NCBI GenBank assembly: GCA_947574215.1
Contig: CANPIX010000001.1
Location: 15,201 to 79,200 of the forward strand
Direction: 5' to 3'
Source of the DNA: an uncultured Mycoplasmatota bacterium
GTDB lineage: Bacteria > Bacillota_I > Bacilli_A > RF39 > UBA660
Length of the DNA: 64,000 nt
Shown here: positions 1 to 11,013 of the stretch, piece after piece
Layout: every line of letters begins with the position of its first letter
Numbering within the stretch: the first letter of the stretch is position 1
Made by a program: the position numbers and the translations under genes
Notes under the pieces: model-generated
Seen by the model: the letters and a program-made list of their open reading frames with translations, nothing else
Told to the model about the DNA's origin: nothing
The model's database searches: none

Positions 1-1436
1 TTGAAAATGTGAATCCAAAAATGATTTTCACTTTGGATATTTTAGAAGATAAAATTCATGAAATAGTAAACAATGAAAAATTTTCAAACGCTTTTAAAGT
101 ATCAATGCCTTTTACCTACTCGACCTCTATTTTTAATCCTGAAAGATTTATTTTAAGTCTCAAAACATTAAAAGATTTTTTATCAGGAAAAAGAATTTAT
201 AATTCTGTTTCCTTAAATGAATTCCTAAATTTAGGAGTAAATATTAAAAAGGAAAATATTAAAGAAGTGTATTTTCCTGGAATGCCTTGTAATATTTCTT
301 TTACTAGTGGAACTACAGGAATAAACAAAGCTGTTGTTTTGAGTCATGATGCCAATAACGCTCTTCCTTTCCAACAAAAAATCGGAAAATTTGGTTATGA
401 GAAAGGAACAACAAATTTAGCTTTAGTTTTTCCATTTTTGGCTTTTTGGGATGCAGATATTGTCCATGCAGTTTTATGTCAAGAAGGCGAAAATATTATT
501 GAAACTTCACTGGATTTTAAAAAAATTCCTGAGTATTTCAAAAAATACCAACCCAATATGGGAATTTGGAGTCAATATTTATGGAGTTCTTTATTAACCC
601 TACCTGATGAGGAACTAAGAAAAGCGACAAAAAATTTAAAACACGCGATCATCGGAGGAGCAAGATGTGAAGTTAATGCTGCAAAATTATTTTATGAAAA
701 AACTGGTGTTATTCAAACTTGTGGTTTTGGTGCAACAGAAGTAAATACAGCTTTTAGTGTTCCACATCCAGACTGTGTAAAATTAGGGTCAGCTGGTATT
801 CCCCAACCTTTTAATAATGTTAAAATTGTGGATGATTCTTTTAACGACGTTACTTATAATATTCCAGGTAAATTATTTATTACAGGACCTGCATTAATGA
901 ATGGATATTACAAAAGAGATGATTTGACCAAAAAAGTACTTTATACTGATGAAAAAGGAATCACGTGGTATAACACTGGAGATTATGCCATTCTTGACGA
1001 AGATGGATGTTTAACGGTTTTGGATAGATATATGGATTCTATTGAAATACATTATAAAAATAAAACAAAAAAAGTAAATCCACTTGACATTGCTGAAATT
1101 ATTCGAAAAGACCCTAATACAAAAGATATTAAAATCACCTGCCACGATAACAATCAAAAATTAGTTTTGCACATTTCTTTCGACACTTCCATTACTAATT
1201 GTTCCAACGAAGAAGCTTTAGAAAGTGTTTTGAATACAATAAAATCCAATTTACCTGAAGAAGAATGGCCAACTATTATCAGCGTATATGAAGAATTTCC
1301 TAAAACTCCAGTTGGAAAATCAAACTATCCTTTATTACAAATTTTTGGAGAAGAATTAAGTAGTCAAACGAGTAAAGAAGAAAAACTAATCGTTATAAAT
1401 CCAGAAAGTATAACTTTAAAAAAGAAAATGAAATAA
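1..1436 (+). CDS. AMP-dependent synthetase/ligase family protein (adenylate-forming), 5'-partial
   Basis: AMP-binding motif I (FTSGTTGINKAVVLS) and TGDYA motif. The reading frame is open to the window edge, so the N-terminus is probably truncated. Confidence 0.6.
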   Translation, partial: ENVNPKMIFTLDILEDKIHEIVNNEKFSNAFKVSMPFTYSTSIFNPERFILSLKTLKDFLSGKRIYNSVSLNEFLNLGVNIKKENIKEVYFPGMPCNISFTSGTTGINKAVVLSHDANNALPFQQKIGKFGYEKGTTNLALVFPFLAFWDADIVHAVLCQEGENIIETSLDFKKIPEYFKKYQPNMGIWSQYLWSSLLTLPDEELRKATKNLKHAIIGGARCEVNAAKLFYEKTGVIQTCGFGATEVNTAFSVPHPDCVKLGSAGIPQPFNNVKIVDDSFNDVTYNIPGKLFITGPALMNGYYKRDDLTKKVLYTDEKGITWYNTGDYAILDEDGCLTVLDRYMDSIEIHYKNKTKKVNPLDIAEIIRKDPNTKDIKITCHDNNQKLVLHISFDTSITNCSNEEALESVLNTIKSNLPEEEWPTIISVYEEFPKTPVGKSNYPLLQIFGEELSSQTSKEEKLIVINPESITLKKKMK

Positions 1437-1478
1437 TATCTATTTTCTTTTTTCTATGTTATAATTTTATTAAGATAG

Positions 1479-3320
1479 GTGGTTAAAATGGAAAATGGAA
1501 TTTTTTTCTCAGTTATAAGTTTTGTCTATTGTATATTTGCAATGGTTTTGTTCTTTTCAAAAGATAAAATAAAATCGAAAGAAAATAAAATATATAGTAT
1601 TCTTCTTATAACCAATTTAATTGGTTTGTTTATTGAAGTAATCCCAATTACTCTAGGAATTCGAAATTTAATTTCTATGAGCAATACAACTTTGATTTTT
1701 TTATTAAAATTACTTCTTATATATTTCATAACATGGACTTTACTTTTTACCGATTATGTATTAATTGTTTCAAAAATGAAAGAAAAAACTATAAGTTTTT
1801 TTAAAACAATCGGTGTTATTTTAGAAATCATAAGTTCTATTGTTGTATTATTTCTCCCACTAGATTATTATATAAACAATGGGGCTGCGTATAGTTATGG
1901 TACTTCAGTAAATTATTGTTATTTATTAGCTGGGGTATTAATAAGTCTTTGCATTATTTTTTTACTTTTAAATATTAAAAAAATACCTTTAAAAAAATAT
2001 TACCCTCTACTTGTTTTTCTTCTATTAGGTACTATTATTATGATGATTCAATCTAAATTCCCAGAATTAACTTTAATGTCTTCTCTTCATACCTTTGTAA
2101 TTTTAGTCATGTTTCATTCTATAGAAAATCCAGATTTAAATTTAATTAATGAATTGGAAATCGCAAAAGAACAAGCAGATAAAGCCAATCAAGCAAAAAC
2201 GGAATTTTTATCCAGTATGTCTCACGAAATAAGAACGCCACTAAACGCTATTGTAGGTTTTAGTGAATGTATGTTGCCTTCTACCGATTTAAATGAGATA
2301 AAAGGTTTTGCAAAAGATATTGTAGATGCTTCTCACAACTTACTAGAAATTGTAAATGGTATTTTAGATATTTCAAAAATTGAAGCCAATAAAATGGAGA
2401 TTGTTCGCAAAGAGTACAATCCTAGAGAAGTTTTTAATTCTTTATGTAAATTGGTACGTCCAAGAATTGGAAATAAACCCATTGTATTTAAAGAAAATAT
2501 TTCTCCAGATCTGCCAGGTATTTTAAAAGGAGATATGGGAAAAGTTAAACAAATAATTTTAAATCTCCTTACTAACGCTGCAAAATACACAGATGAAGGT
2601 GAAATAGAATTTAATGTAACTTGTGTCAATCGGACAGATACAAAAAAATGTCTTCTTTATATTGCTGTTAAAGATACTGGACGTGGCATAAAACAAGAAG
2701 ATGTAAGTAAGTTATTTAATAAATTTGAAAGAATTGATGAAGATCGAAATACTACTATTGAGGGTACTGGACTTGGTCTTGCCATTACCAAAAGCTTAGC
2801 CGAAATGATGGGTGGTAAAATTACAGTTGACACAAAATTTGAAGAAGGATCTGTTTTTCGTGTTTATTTAGAACAAGAAATTATAAGTATGGAAATTCCA
2901 GAAAGTCAGTCTGAAGAAATAGAAATCGATTATAGTGCAAATCCTGGTAAGCGAATTTTAATTGTAGACGATTCAAAAATCAATTTAAAAGTAGCTAATC
3001 AAATATTAAAACCTTATAATTTTAATGTCACAATGGTGGAAAATGGTTTTGAGTGCTTAGAATTAATGGAAAGTAGTACTTATGATTTAATCTTAATGGA
3101 TATTATGATGCCAAAAATGAATGGTATAGAAACATTAAGAAGATTAAAGACAATAGAAGGTTTTGATATTCCAGTCATCGCTTTGACCGCTGATGCCATT
3201 GAAGGAACCGATGAAAAATACTTAAACGCTGGCTTTGATGCTTATCTTTCAAAACCAATTGATCGATACGATTTGGATCGAATGTTAAATAAATATTTAG
3301 GAGGAAAAAATGATGAATAA
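1479..3320 (+). CDS. hybrid sensor histidine kinase (multi-TM sensor, HisKA, HATPase_c, C-terminal receiver)
   Basis: N-terminal hydrophobic helices. H-box [17 protein letters not shown]-boxes GTGLGLAI. C-terminal REC domain ([11 protein letters not shown]...[13 protein letters not shown]). Confidence 0.85.
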   Translation: MVKMENGIFFSVISFVYCIFAMVLFFSKDKIKSKENKIYSILLITNLIGLFIEVIPITLGIRNLISMSNTTLIFLLKLLLIYFITWTLLFTDYVLIVSKMKEKTISFFKTIGVILEIISSIVVLFLPLDYYINNGAAYSYGTSVNYCYLLAGVLISLCIIFLLLNIKKIPLKKYYPLLVFLLLGTIIMMIQSKFPELTLMSSLHTFVILVMFHSIENPDLNLINELEIAKEQADKANQAKTEFLSSMSHEIRTPLNAIVGFSECMLPSTDLNEIKGFAKDIVDASHNLLEIVNGILDISKIEANKMEIVRKEYNPREVFNSLCKLVRPRIGNKPIVFKENISPDLPGILKGDMGKVKQIILNLLTNAAKYTDEGEIEFNVTCVNRTDTKKCLLYIAVKDTGRGIKQEDVSKLFNKFERIDEDRNTTIEGTGLGLAITKSLAEMMGGKITVDTKFEEGSVFRVYLEQEIISMEIPESQSEEIEIDYSANPGKRILIVDDSKINLKVANQILKPYNFNVTMVENGFECLELMESSTYDLILMDIMMPKMNGIETLRRLKTIEGFDIPVIALTADAIEGTDEKYLNAGFDAYLSKPIDRYDLDRMLNKYLGGKNDE

Positions 3321-4071
3321 TATTGATTTGTTAAAAGCATACAATGTAGATATTAACGCTGCATTAGAATTATGGGGAGACATGGAGTCTTATAACGAAA
3401 GTTTAAAAGAATTCAAAGATTCTTTGAATTCCAAACTTGCAAGTTTGGAAAACTTTAAAAATACAAATGACCTACAGAATTATGCTATTCTTGCTCATAG
3501 TATGAAAAGTGAATCCAAATACTTAGGTTTTATGAATGAAGCTGAAATATTTTTAGCCCATGAATTAAATGGAAAAGAAGGAAATAAAGAATTTATAGAT
3601 AATAACTTTAATACCATCAAAGAGACTGTTCGTAAAATGGTTACTCTGTTAAATTCCTATTTTAATAATGAAGAGAATGGACACAAAAAAAAGATTTTAA
3701 TTGCTGATGATTCAAATATTATTTTAAATTATTTAGAAAAAAATATAACTGAAGAATATAAAGTTTTAAAGGCGTTTGATGGTAGCGAAGCTATTGAATT
3801 ACTGAAAAACAATAGTATTTATGCTATTTTACTAGATTTAAATATGCCAGGATTAGATGGATTTGAAGTTTTAAAATATTTAAAAGAAAGCAATTTAATG
3901 GATAAAATTCCAGTGGTTATTATTACTGGCGATGATACAGAAGAAACTATAAAAAAGGCGTTTTCTTACCCTATTTTAGATGTTTTAAATAAACCATTTA
4001 ATGATAAAAGTGTTGATAAAATATTTATTTCTATTAAAAGTTTTTATGAAAATAAAAAAATTAGTGTATAA
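3310..4071 (+). CDS. Hpt domain + receiver domain protein (phosphorelay component)
   Basis: N-terminal Hpt-like [12 protein letters not shown] motif. C-terminal REC domain ([11 protein letters not shown]...[11 protein letters not shown]). Overlaps the hybrid HK by 11 nt and has a GGAGG Shine-Dalgarno. Confidence 0.75.
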   Translation: MMNNIDLLKAYNVDINAALELWGDMESYNESLKEFKDSLNSKLASLENFKNTNDLQNYAILAHSMKSESKYLGFMNEAEIFLAHELNGKEGNKEFIDNNFNTIKETVRKMVTLLNSYFNNEENGHKKKILIADDSNIILNYLEKNITEEYKVLKAFDGSEAIELLKNNSIYAILLDLNMPGLDGFEVLKYLKESNLMDKIPVVIITGDDTEETIKKAFSYPILDVLNKPFNDKSVDKIFISIKSFYENKKISV

Positions 4072-4135
4072 AAAAATCTAAAAAGAATATACTATTACTA
4101 GAAACAATGAATTATTTGTTGTTTCTATATAAAGA

Positions 4136-4174
4136 AATCACTTACTTCAAAATTGAAGTAAGTGATTTTTTTTA
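4136..4174. terminator. bidirectional rho-independent terminator between convergent genes
   Basis: Perfect 15-bp stem aatcacttacttcaa / ttgaagtaagtgatt with an AA loop, followed by a T7 run. A matching A-run lies on the other side for the opposite strand. Confidence 0.7.
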
Positions 4175-4941
4175 AATTGCTTTTCAATTAAATGATAAGG
4201 ATAGCCTCTTTTGTCTATAGCATTTAAATTTAAATTTAAATTTTTTATAACTTTTATAAGGTCATCGTATTCTTTTTTTATTTCTTTGGTATACTTTTTA
4301 ATTTCAATTTCAATAAAATAACCTAAATTCTTTACATAATCTAAAGCTACTTCGTATTTATTTAAATAAAAATACGTAATCCTAGTCTTATTTACTGTAA
4401 TTAATTTTTCAATTTCTAACGCTTTAAAAATTTTTTTTAATGATTCTGTATCATCTATTTCTACTTCATATTCATCGCAATGCACGTCATACCATTTTTT
4501 ATAATTTAAAATCGATTTATTTCCCCTTTCTCCAATTCGTAGCCATTCACTTATTTTCTGTTTAGTCTCTATTTTTTCTTTATTGACAAAATTACGATTA
4601 CTTGGTTGATAATAGGTATCCAGTTGTCTTGATTCTTCTTTAAAAATTGCATTTTCTTTCATAAATTTTTCTAAATCTGTATATTCTTCTTCGGTTATTT
4701 TAATTTTTATTTCAGTTTCAATATTATTTTTTTCTACACCAATATATAGCAAATCACTTATTCGACAAGACAATATTTCACTTAATTTTACAATCAACTC
4801 CAAACTAGGTTCTGTGCGATTTTGTTCCCAACTAGAAACGGTTTTATCACTTACAAATAATTTTTCAGCAAGTTCTTGCTGGGTTAACTGTTTTCTTTTT
4901 CTAAAACATGCTATTTGATTACCAATATTCAAATTTATCAC
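4147..4941 (-). CDS. HTH XRE-family transcriptional regulator fused to a CYTH-like domain
   Basis: N-terminal XRE HTH (QQELAEKLFVSDKTVSSWEQNRTEPSLELIVKLSEIL). The C-terminal half carries CYTH-like signatures: EIKIKI near its start, QLDTYYQ, and a terminal FIEIEIK. Confidence 0.6.
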   Translation of the reverse strand: MINLNIGNQIACFRKRKQLTQQELAEKLFVSDKTVSSWEQNRTEPSLELIVKLSEILSCRISDLLYIGVEKNNIETEIKIKITEEEYTDLEKFMKENAIFKEESRQLDTYYQPSNRNFVNKEKIETKQKISEWLRIGERGNKSILNYKKWYDVHCDEYEVEIDDTESLKKIFKALEIEKLITVNKTRITYFYLNKYEVALDYVKNLGYFIEIEIKKYTKEIKKEYDDLIKVIKNLNLNLNAIDKRGYPYHLIEKQFKKNHLLQF

Positions 4942-5022
4942 CTATTTCATTGTAACATAAGAATTAAAAATGTTTTCTCTATAATTTGTAGAAATTTAAA
5001 ACATAAAAAAAAGTAGATTTTT

Positions 5023-5478
5023 CTACTTTTCACAAGTAATTCCCATTTGTTTATACAAAGCTTCAATAGTTTCTAATTTTACTTTACCATCTTTAATTAA
5101 TTGGCTATTTGCTGAATCTACTTCAATCATTTTAGCGGTATTAATTTTATTGTAATCAATGTTTGTAGTACTTGTTAAAACATTTCCATCAATACTTACG
5201 CTATAATTATAATGTTCAATGTCTTTATAAGGTTTGTATTGTTCTTCCACAGTTTCTTTGTATGTTTCTAGTAATTCTTTATTTTCACTTGTAATTTTTT
5301 CTGTAGATTTTACGATATCCACATTTTCTCCAGTATAAAGTACTTCATATTGTAAATCCAATGAGGCATCATTTTGATTCATTGTTCTTGAACATTTCAT
5401 AGTTTTTTGTTCAGCACCACAACCTACACTTAGTAAAACCGTAAAGCAAGCTACTAATGCTACTATTATTTTTTTCAT
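5023..5478 (-). CDS. lipoprotein (DUF1307/YehR-like), lipobox LSVGC
   Basis: Signal peptide with lipobox MKKIIVALVACFTVLLSVGCG. Confidence 0.6.
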   Translation of the reverse strand: MKKIIVALVACFTVLLSVGCGAEQKTMKCSRTMNQNDASLDLQYEVLYTGENVDIVKSTEKITSENKELLETYKETVEEQYKPYKDIEHYNYSVSIDGNVLTSTTNIDYNKINTAKMIEVDSANSQLIKDGKVKLETIEALYKQMGITCEK

Positions 5479-5544
5479 ATTCTCACACTCCTTATAATTA
5501 CTATACCAAAATGTATGTCAAAAGAAAAGAAAAAACACTTTTTT

Positions 5545-7341
5545 TCATTCATTTTGTACTAATAATTCATATTCATCCAATAATTTTTCTAAATAAAGAA
5601 ATGCATTTTCGTAAATTTCTTTATTTGCTAAATCAATACCTCCTATAGCTAAAGTTTCTAATGTTGGTTTTGCACCTCCAATAGTTAAAAATTTTAAATA
5701 ATTTTCTATATTTCCTTTCTTTATATTTTTATTAATTACTAAAGCTACAATTTTTCCAATAGCGTATTGAAAATTATAATAACGGTGGACATCATAAAAG
5801 AAATGAATTCTTGTTTGCCATAAATATTTTATTTCTTGATCTGGCGTTAAATTACTATAGTATTCTTTAAATAATGTTAAAAATGTTTCATTTAAGGTAT
5901 CTTCATTTACATACCCTTCTTGTTCTATTTTTGTTAACATTCTTTTTTGGAATTCAAAAAACATTGTTTGAAAAAATATACTGGCGACTGTCTTATCTAT
6001 AATTTGTTCCAAATGAATGATTTTATTTTCTTTTGTAGTAACATTATACATATACTCTTCCACTAAATCTTCATTAACTGTAGATGCAATTTCGGAGAGA
6101 AAAATTGAAAAATGAAAATTTTGAAACTCTTGATTCTCTTTAATCATTAATCCATTTACTGCATGACCGATCTCATGCCCTATCGTTGCAACTTCACGAA
6201 AATTTTCTTTGTAATTCATTAAAATCATTGGTTTTGTATAATTACGCCAGTGATATCCACCTGAAAATTTATGCTTTTTAGGATAAGGATCTATTATGCC
6301 ACCATTAATTACTTTATCTAAATAGATTTCATACTCTTTTCCTAAATCCTTTAACGCTTCTTTTACAATAAATAATCCTTCTTCAAAAGAATATTTTGGA
6401 TTGTACTCACTATTAATATTCATATCATAAAAATGAAGTTCTTCTATACCTAGTTTTTGTTTTTTTAAATCAATATATCGATTTAATAGAAAAATATTTT
6501 CATGAACAGAACATAGTAGATTTTCATATATTTTTGTATCCAAATCCTCTTTGATTATCACTTCTTCTAAAATACTTTTGTAACCATTTTCTTTAGCAAT
6601 ATCAAAGCACATTTTGTATCTCATATTAAAAAGATTACAAATACTTTTATTCACATTTTTTAAACTTCCCATATACGTTTTAAAAATTTTTTCACGTATT
6701 TCTCTATTTTGACTTGTTATGTATCGATTGTAAATGCTTCCATTTACTTTTAGCTTTTCCTGATTTATCTCTATTTCTTCTAAAGGCATCTCCACTTGCA
6801 TAATAGTATTATAAAGACTATTAACCTGACTAATTAAAACATTTTCGTTAGAAATTACATTACTATTTATTGTATGTTCTTTTAATCGTAAAACTTCATA
6901 AAAATGCATTCGATAAGACTTTACTTCTGGATGTTTCTTTAAATAAGTATCCAATGGTTCTTCTATTTTTAAAATTTCTTCATTTATTCTATTTTTTATA
7001 GATTCCAATTTACTTTTCTCAAAATAAACCTTATTTTTGTACTCCAAAAAATTGGCATTTGAAATGTCTAAATCTGAGTTTAATTCTGCATACGATAACA
7101 GTTTTTCAGCCATTAAGCTAAGTTCATAATATTTCTTTAATTGTTTTTCCAATGAATAATTTTTCCTATTATTTTCAAAAGTAAATATTTCTTCTTGAAA
7201 AAGTTTTACTGTCGATAAAAATTCTTCTAAAGAAGAAAAAAAGTCACTAAAATCCCATTTTATTTTTTTCAAAGGAATACCTTCTTTCTTTTTGCTACAT
7301 TTTGAGTTGGCTACCCTGTTTGTAAACCATATTCTGAACAC
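5545..7341 (-). CDS. pepF: oligoendopeptidase F (M3B family)
   Basis: HEIGHAVN zinc motif. Length of about 600 aa and overall M3B-like sequence. Confidence 0.85.
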   Translation of the reverse strand: MFRIWFTNRVANSKCSKKKEGIPLKKIKWDFSDFFSSLEEFLSTVKLFQEEIFTFENNRKNYSLEKQLKKYYELSLMAEKLLSYAELNSDLDISNANFLEYKNKVYFEKSKLESIKNRINEEILKIEEPLDTYLKKHPEVKSYRMHFYEVLRLKEHTINSNVISNENVLISQVNSLYNTIMQVEMPLEEIEINQEKLKVNGSIYNRYITSQNREIREKIFKTYMGSLKNVNKSICNLFNMRYKMCFDIAKENGYKSILEEVIIKEDLDTKIYENLLCSVHENIFLLNRYIDLKKQKLGIEELHFYDMNINSEYNPKYSFEEGLFIVKEALKDLGKEYEIYLDKVINGGIIDPYPKKHKFSGGYHWRNYTKPMILMNYKENFREVATIGHEIGHAVNGLMIKENQEFQNFHFSIFLSEIASTVNEDLVEEYMYNVTTKENKIIHLEQIIDKTVASIFFQTMFFEFQKRMLTKIEQEGYVNEDTLNETFLTLFKEYYSNLTPDQEIKYLWQTRIHFFYDVHRYYNFQYAIGKIVALVINKNIKKGNIENYLKFLTIGGAKPTLETLAIGGIDLANKEIYENAFLYLEKLLDEYELLVQNE

Positions 7342-8594
7342 ATTTCTATATATTCTTTCATTGAAACTTTATTTATAAACTCTCCATTTTTATAACAATA
7401 TTTATAATAATTTATATTAAGACTTTTATTAGCATTTGTACCAAATTGCTCTTTGTTATTAGAGACATACCACAGCTTTGACATATATTATTTTCTATTT
7501 TTTTTACTCAAATCATTTCTAATATTATTATTTGTTTACTAGAGACATTATAACATTTTTCTACAAGCAAAAAAAGATAAAAAACTAGATATAATTTAGT
7601 AAATTTTCTAAAATGGGAACATTGGGATTGTTATTTACAACTTTTTATTTATTAACGGACAAAAATTGAATAAGGAGAAACTAATTCGGCAATCATTACT
7701 ATTTTTAATTTTTGCTCTTTATTTGATTTTTTAGATGTTTTAATGGCGCAAGCCTTATCTACTCTGCCTTTTAAATAATCCCCTAAACTTTTTCCTTATG
7801 AATTACCAATTGCAATTTCATAATCATTAAGATTTATTTGTAACTATAGCATATTTTGAACTTAACACATTAATAAATTAATATTACTTCATGCTTTTTT
7901 ATCAATAGAATAGTAACTAGAACACTTAGGAATATTATTTAATTCTGATATAGTTGAGGTCAATAAAAGATACACTTTTTCTTTATTTTTACAAAATGGC
8001 TGTACCTGATTTAATGGATGAATATAATGTTCCAGCATATCCCAAACAAAAATAACCGACATTTGCTTCTTCTTGTTTCTCATTATTCTAAACCTATTCT
8101 CGAAATATAGGTGAATTTATAAATATTGCATGTTCGCTTGTTTAATTATTTATAATATGCTACTATTTTCTAGGAATATTTGGTTAGTTTGGGTACTATT
8201 CTCCTTTACTTTTAAAAGTGGAAGGAGTCGAAATTATGAGAAAATCAGAGAAATAATCTTTGTACTATCATAATACTCCTTATTATTGTGATTATAATCA
8301 TATTAATAAAAATAGTACCAACTTTATAAGTCGGTACTAAATCAAAAACATTTTGGAATAGTACCTAACTCTTCAAAACTAGGTATTCCTTTTTTATTTT
8401 ATGCAAGTTTCCTTGACATATTCATAATAACATAAAAAAAGACTTTTGACAAGTCTCTTATCTAAAGTTCGAATAGTTCGAACAGATTGTCCAATGGTAC
8501 GGACAAATAGTATATCCGAAACCTTAGAAATAGTTGATAAACAACTAATCACTAAAATTATAATAACATAATTTTTAATAAATTAAAATATTTT

Positions 8595-9188
8595 TTATTT
8601 AATTTGTTCACATCTATTCTTTAATACTCTAATTAGTTTTTTATGCAATTGTTGTTCTAATGTTTCATCATTATCCTTTGTTAACGTACCGTTAAAACAT
8701 AATTCTTGGAATCTATCGTTATATAATCCTGAAACTACTTCTGTTAATTCCCAACCATATTTATTAATAATTGGTTTAAACATTTCTAATTTATAATCAG
8801 CTAATGTTATAAGTGGTTTGGTAGCACCTAACCATCTCATTGATTCTTCAACAATTGCTTTACTTATCCCTAAACCTCTACATTTATCAGAAACATATAA
8901 TGTACATATTTTTTGTTCTTCCTCGTCTCTTTTTAAACAAGCCATGGAAATTATTTCATTATTATTTTCAGGATTTCTAACAAATAATATATTTCGTTCA
9001 TCACCATTTATAGTTGCTGGTAATTGTTTAGTAAAATACCATTCTTTATGTTTTGGGTAATCATCACAAATAAAATCTGTTATCATATAAATTTTTGTGG
9101 CAAGTTCCATAAATTCTTCTTTCGGAATAATCCCTACATATTTTTTTAAACTCTCAATATTTATCATATTAGCTTTTCCCCCTCTCAA
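8595..9188 (-). CDS. GNAT family N-acetyltransferase
   Basis: GNAT motif A, RGLGISKAIVEE. Confidence 0.6.
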   Translation of the reverse strand: MRGGKANMINIESLKKYVGIIPKEEFMELATKIYMITDFICDDYPKHKEWYFTKQLPATINGDERNILFVRNPENNNEIISMACLKRDEEEQKICTLYVSDKCRGLGISKAIVEESMRWLGATKPLITLADYKLEMFKPIINKYGWELTEVVSGLYNDRFQELCFNGTLTKDNDETLEQQLHKKLIRVLKNRCEQIK

Positions 9189-9213
9189 AATTTGTTGTTT
9201 ATAATACCACTTT

Positions 9214-9242
9214 TTGCCATATTTGTCAATTTATGATATAAT
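9214..9242 (+). promoter_or_regulatory. sigmaA-type promoter (-35 TTGCCA, 17-nt spacer, -10 TATAAT)
   Basis: TTGCCA at 9214-9219 and TATAAT at 9237-9242. AGGAGG Shine-Dalgarno at 9251 and ATG at 9264. Confidence 0.45.
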
Positions 9243-9263
9243 ACTTACGCAGGAGGGGATTAA

Positions 9264-9803
9264 ATGGATAAAAATCGTAGAAATAGAATTGCTATTATTT
9301 CAATAATGACATATTATGCTAGACAAATATTCGATGAAACTAAACTTTATAAATTTAGAAAATCGCCATTGAGAGATGAATTACTTAACAAAAAAATTTA
9401 CGTATATTCTGCCAAAGAAGATAAAGCAATTATTGGATATTTTAAAGTAAGCGATATTTTAAATGGTAACACAGATGAGATTTTACGTGCTACAGGATAT
9501 GATAAGAGACAAGATGGTCATGAAATAGTTGAATATTATGGGAAAAATAATCCGAATTGTTACGCTTTACATTTGTATGATGTTACTGAATTTGAAGAAT
9601 ATTTATCATTAAGAGATATGAGAAGTATTTCAAAAAATGCTGATATGCCACAATACATTAAATTTATTTATGATAACGATCCATTATATGAGGTTATTAG
9701 AGAATGGGATGAAGCATTTAGTTTAGATGGAAACTTATGTGACAATCCTAGCAAAACAAAACAAATAATATTGCAAAAAGCTAGAATGAAAGGAAGCAAA
9801 TAA
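9264..9803 (+). CDS. hypothetical protein (possibly PUA/ASCH-like)
   Basis: ORF with a strong Shine-Dalgarno. No confident motif. Confidence 0.4.
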   Translation: MDKNRRNRIAIISIMTYYARQIFDETKLYKFRKSPLRDELLNKKIYVYSAKEDKAIIGYFKVSDILNGNTDEILRATGYDKRQDGHEIVEYYGKNNPNCYALHLYDVTEFEEYLSLRDMRSISKNADMPQYIKFIYDNDPLYEVIREWDEAFSLDGNLCDNPSKTKQIILQKARMKGSK

Positions 9804-9804
9804 T

Positions 9805-10146
9805 ATGGAACACGAAATGAAATTACAACCTGAGTATTATAATTTTATACTTAATGGTACTAAAAGAATTGAAATAAGACTTTTTGATGAAAAAAGACAA
9901 CAAATTAAGATTGGAGATACAATTAAATTTTTAAAAGAACCTGAATTGAATGAGTCATTTAACGCTAATGTTGTTGGATTATTAAGATACAACACTTTTG
10001 AAGAAATGTTTAGAGATTTTGATATTTCTGTTTTATCTGATAAATCTATGACTAAAGAAGAATTAATTGGCGTTCTTGAGCAATTCTATACTAAAGAAAA
10101 ACAAGAACAATATGGTGTTTTAGGAATTAGAATTGAATTAATATAA
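9805..10146 (+). CDS. ASCH domain protein (YqfB-like)
   Basis: MKLQPEYYNFILNGTKRIEIRLFDEKR matches the ASCH N-terminal signature. 113 aa. Confidence 0.65.
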   Translation: MEHEMKLQPEYYNFILNGTKRIEIRLFDEKRQQIKIGDTIKFLKEPELNESFNANVVGLLRYNTFEEMFRDFDISVLSDKSMTKEELIGVLEQFYTKEKQEQYGVLGIRIELI

Positions 10147-10166
10147 AAGATGGCAATGAGAATTTA

Positions 10167-10547
10167 TCATCTCTCAAAGTCATCTTTTTCTTTGCTTAAA
10201 TCTAATTCTTCAACGTCATCATCATCTAAAACCTTATCATCATACATATCATTAACAACATCAATATATTTATCATCTTTATCATACCAACTATGAAGTT
10301 TATCGTATAAAAAAGATATTAGTTTTTCAAATTTATCTTTCCAATAATCTAGTGTATTTTTTAAATCTTGCATTTTAGATTTTAAAAATGATATTTCATT
10401 ATCTTTTTCTTTAATTGTATCATTTAAAGTTTTAACTCTTAAATTGAGTGCCTCATTATTTTCAGTAAGAGTTTTAATCTTATTATTTTTATCTTTTAAT
10501 TGTTCGTTAGCATTAACTAGTGTATTAGATAAAGTTTGTACCTCCAT
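10167..10547 (-). CDS. hypothetical coiled-coil protein with acidic C-terminus
   Basis: Heptad-like repeats and a DDDDVEELD tail. Confidence 0.4.
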   Translation of the reverse strand: MEVQTLSNTLVNANEQLKDKNNKIKTLTENNEALNLRVKTLNDTIKEKDNEISFLKSKMQDLKNTLDYWKDKFEKLISFLYDKLHSWYDKDDKYIDVVNDMYDDKVLDDDDVEELDLSKEKDDFER

Positions 10548-10632
10548 TTCTAGAGAATACCTCTTTCATTGGTTTTATATAATATCATTTTTTAAAGATT
10601 TGTCAATTCCCTGATTAGAGAATACATAGTAC

Positions 10633-10905
10633 TTAAATAGTTTTTATATAATCTTCAAATTCAGATAATTTAATCTTATTAGATAAATTTTCAATAAAGA
10701 CTTCATTAGAATAATTGAATATTAAGAAAGTTTTATCTTTTATGATAATTCTATTAGGTTCAATATAAGTTAAATTAGTTCTATCAATTTTTCTTATATT
10801 ACCATTTATGATTTTAGGTGTTGTTTTAGCAAACTCACATATAAGCTCTAACTTCTTTCTTAACGATTCTTCAATAGGTAATTCTTCTTTAATAATATTT
10901 ACCAT
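10633..10905 (-). CDS. hypothetical protein
   Basis: ORF only. Confidence 0.3.
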   Translation of the reverse strand: MVNIIKEELPIEESLRKKLELICEFAKTTPKIINGNIRKIDRTNLTYIEPNRIIIKDKTFLIFNYSNEVFIENLSNKIKLSEFEDYIKTI

Positions 10906-11013
10906 AATACCATCCTTTCTTTTAGGATAGTTTTTAACAACAAAAAAACTAATCCATTTCTGAATTAGTTATTTATCAAACTCAAACTATAAAAGTTCGA
11001 GCAGAATTCCTTT

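Noticed and set aside
7889-8083. 64-aa ORF in the gene-free region
   Set aside because: No Shine-Dalgarno and no recognisable motif. Likely chance ORF in AT-rich DNA.
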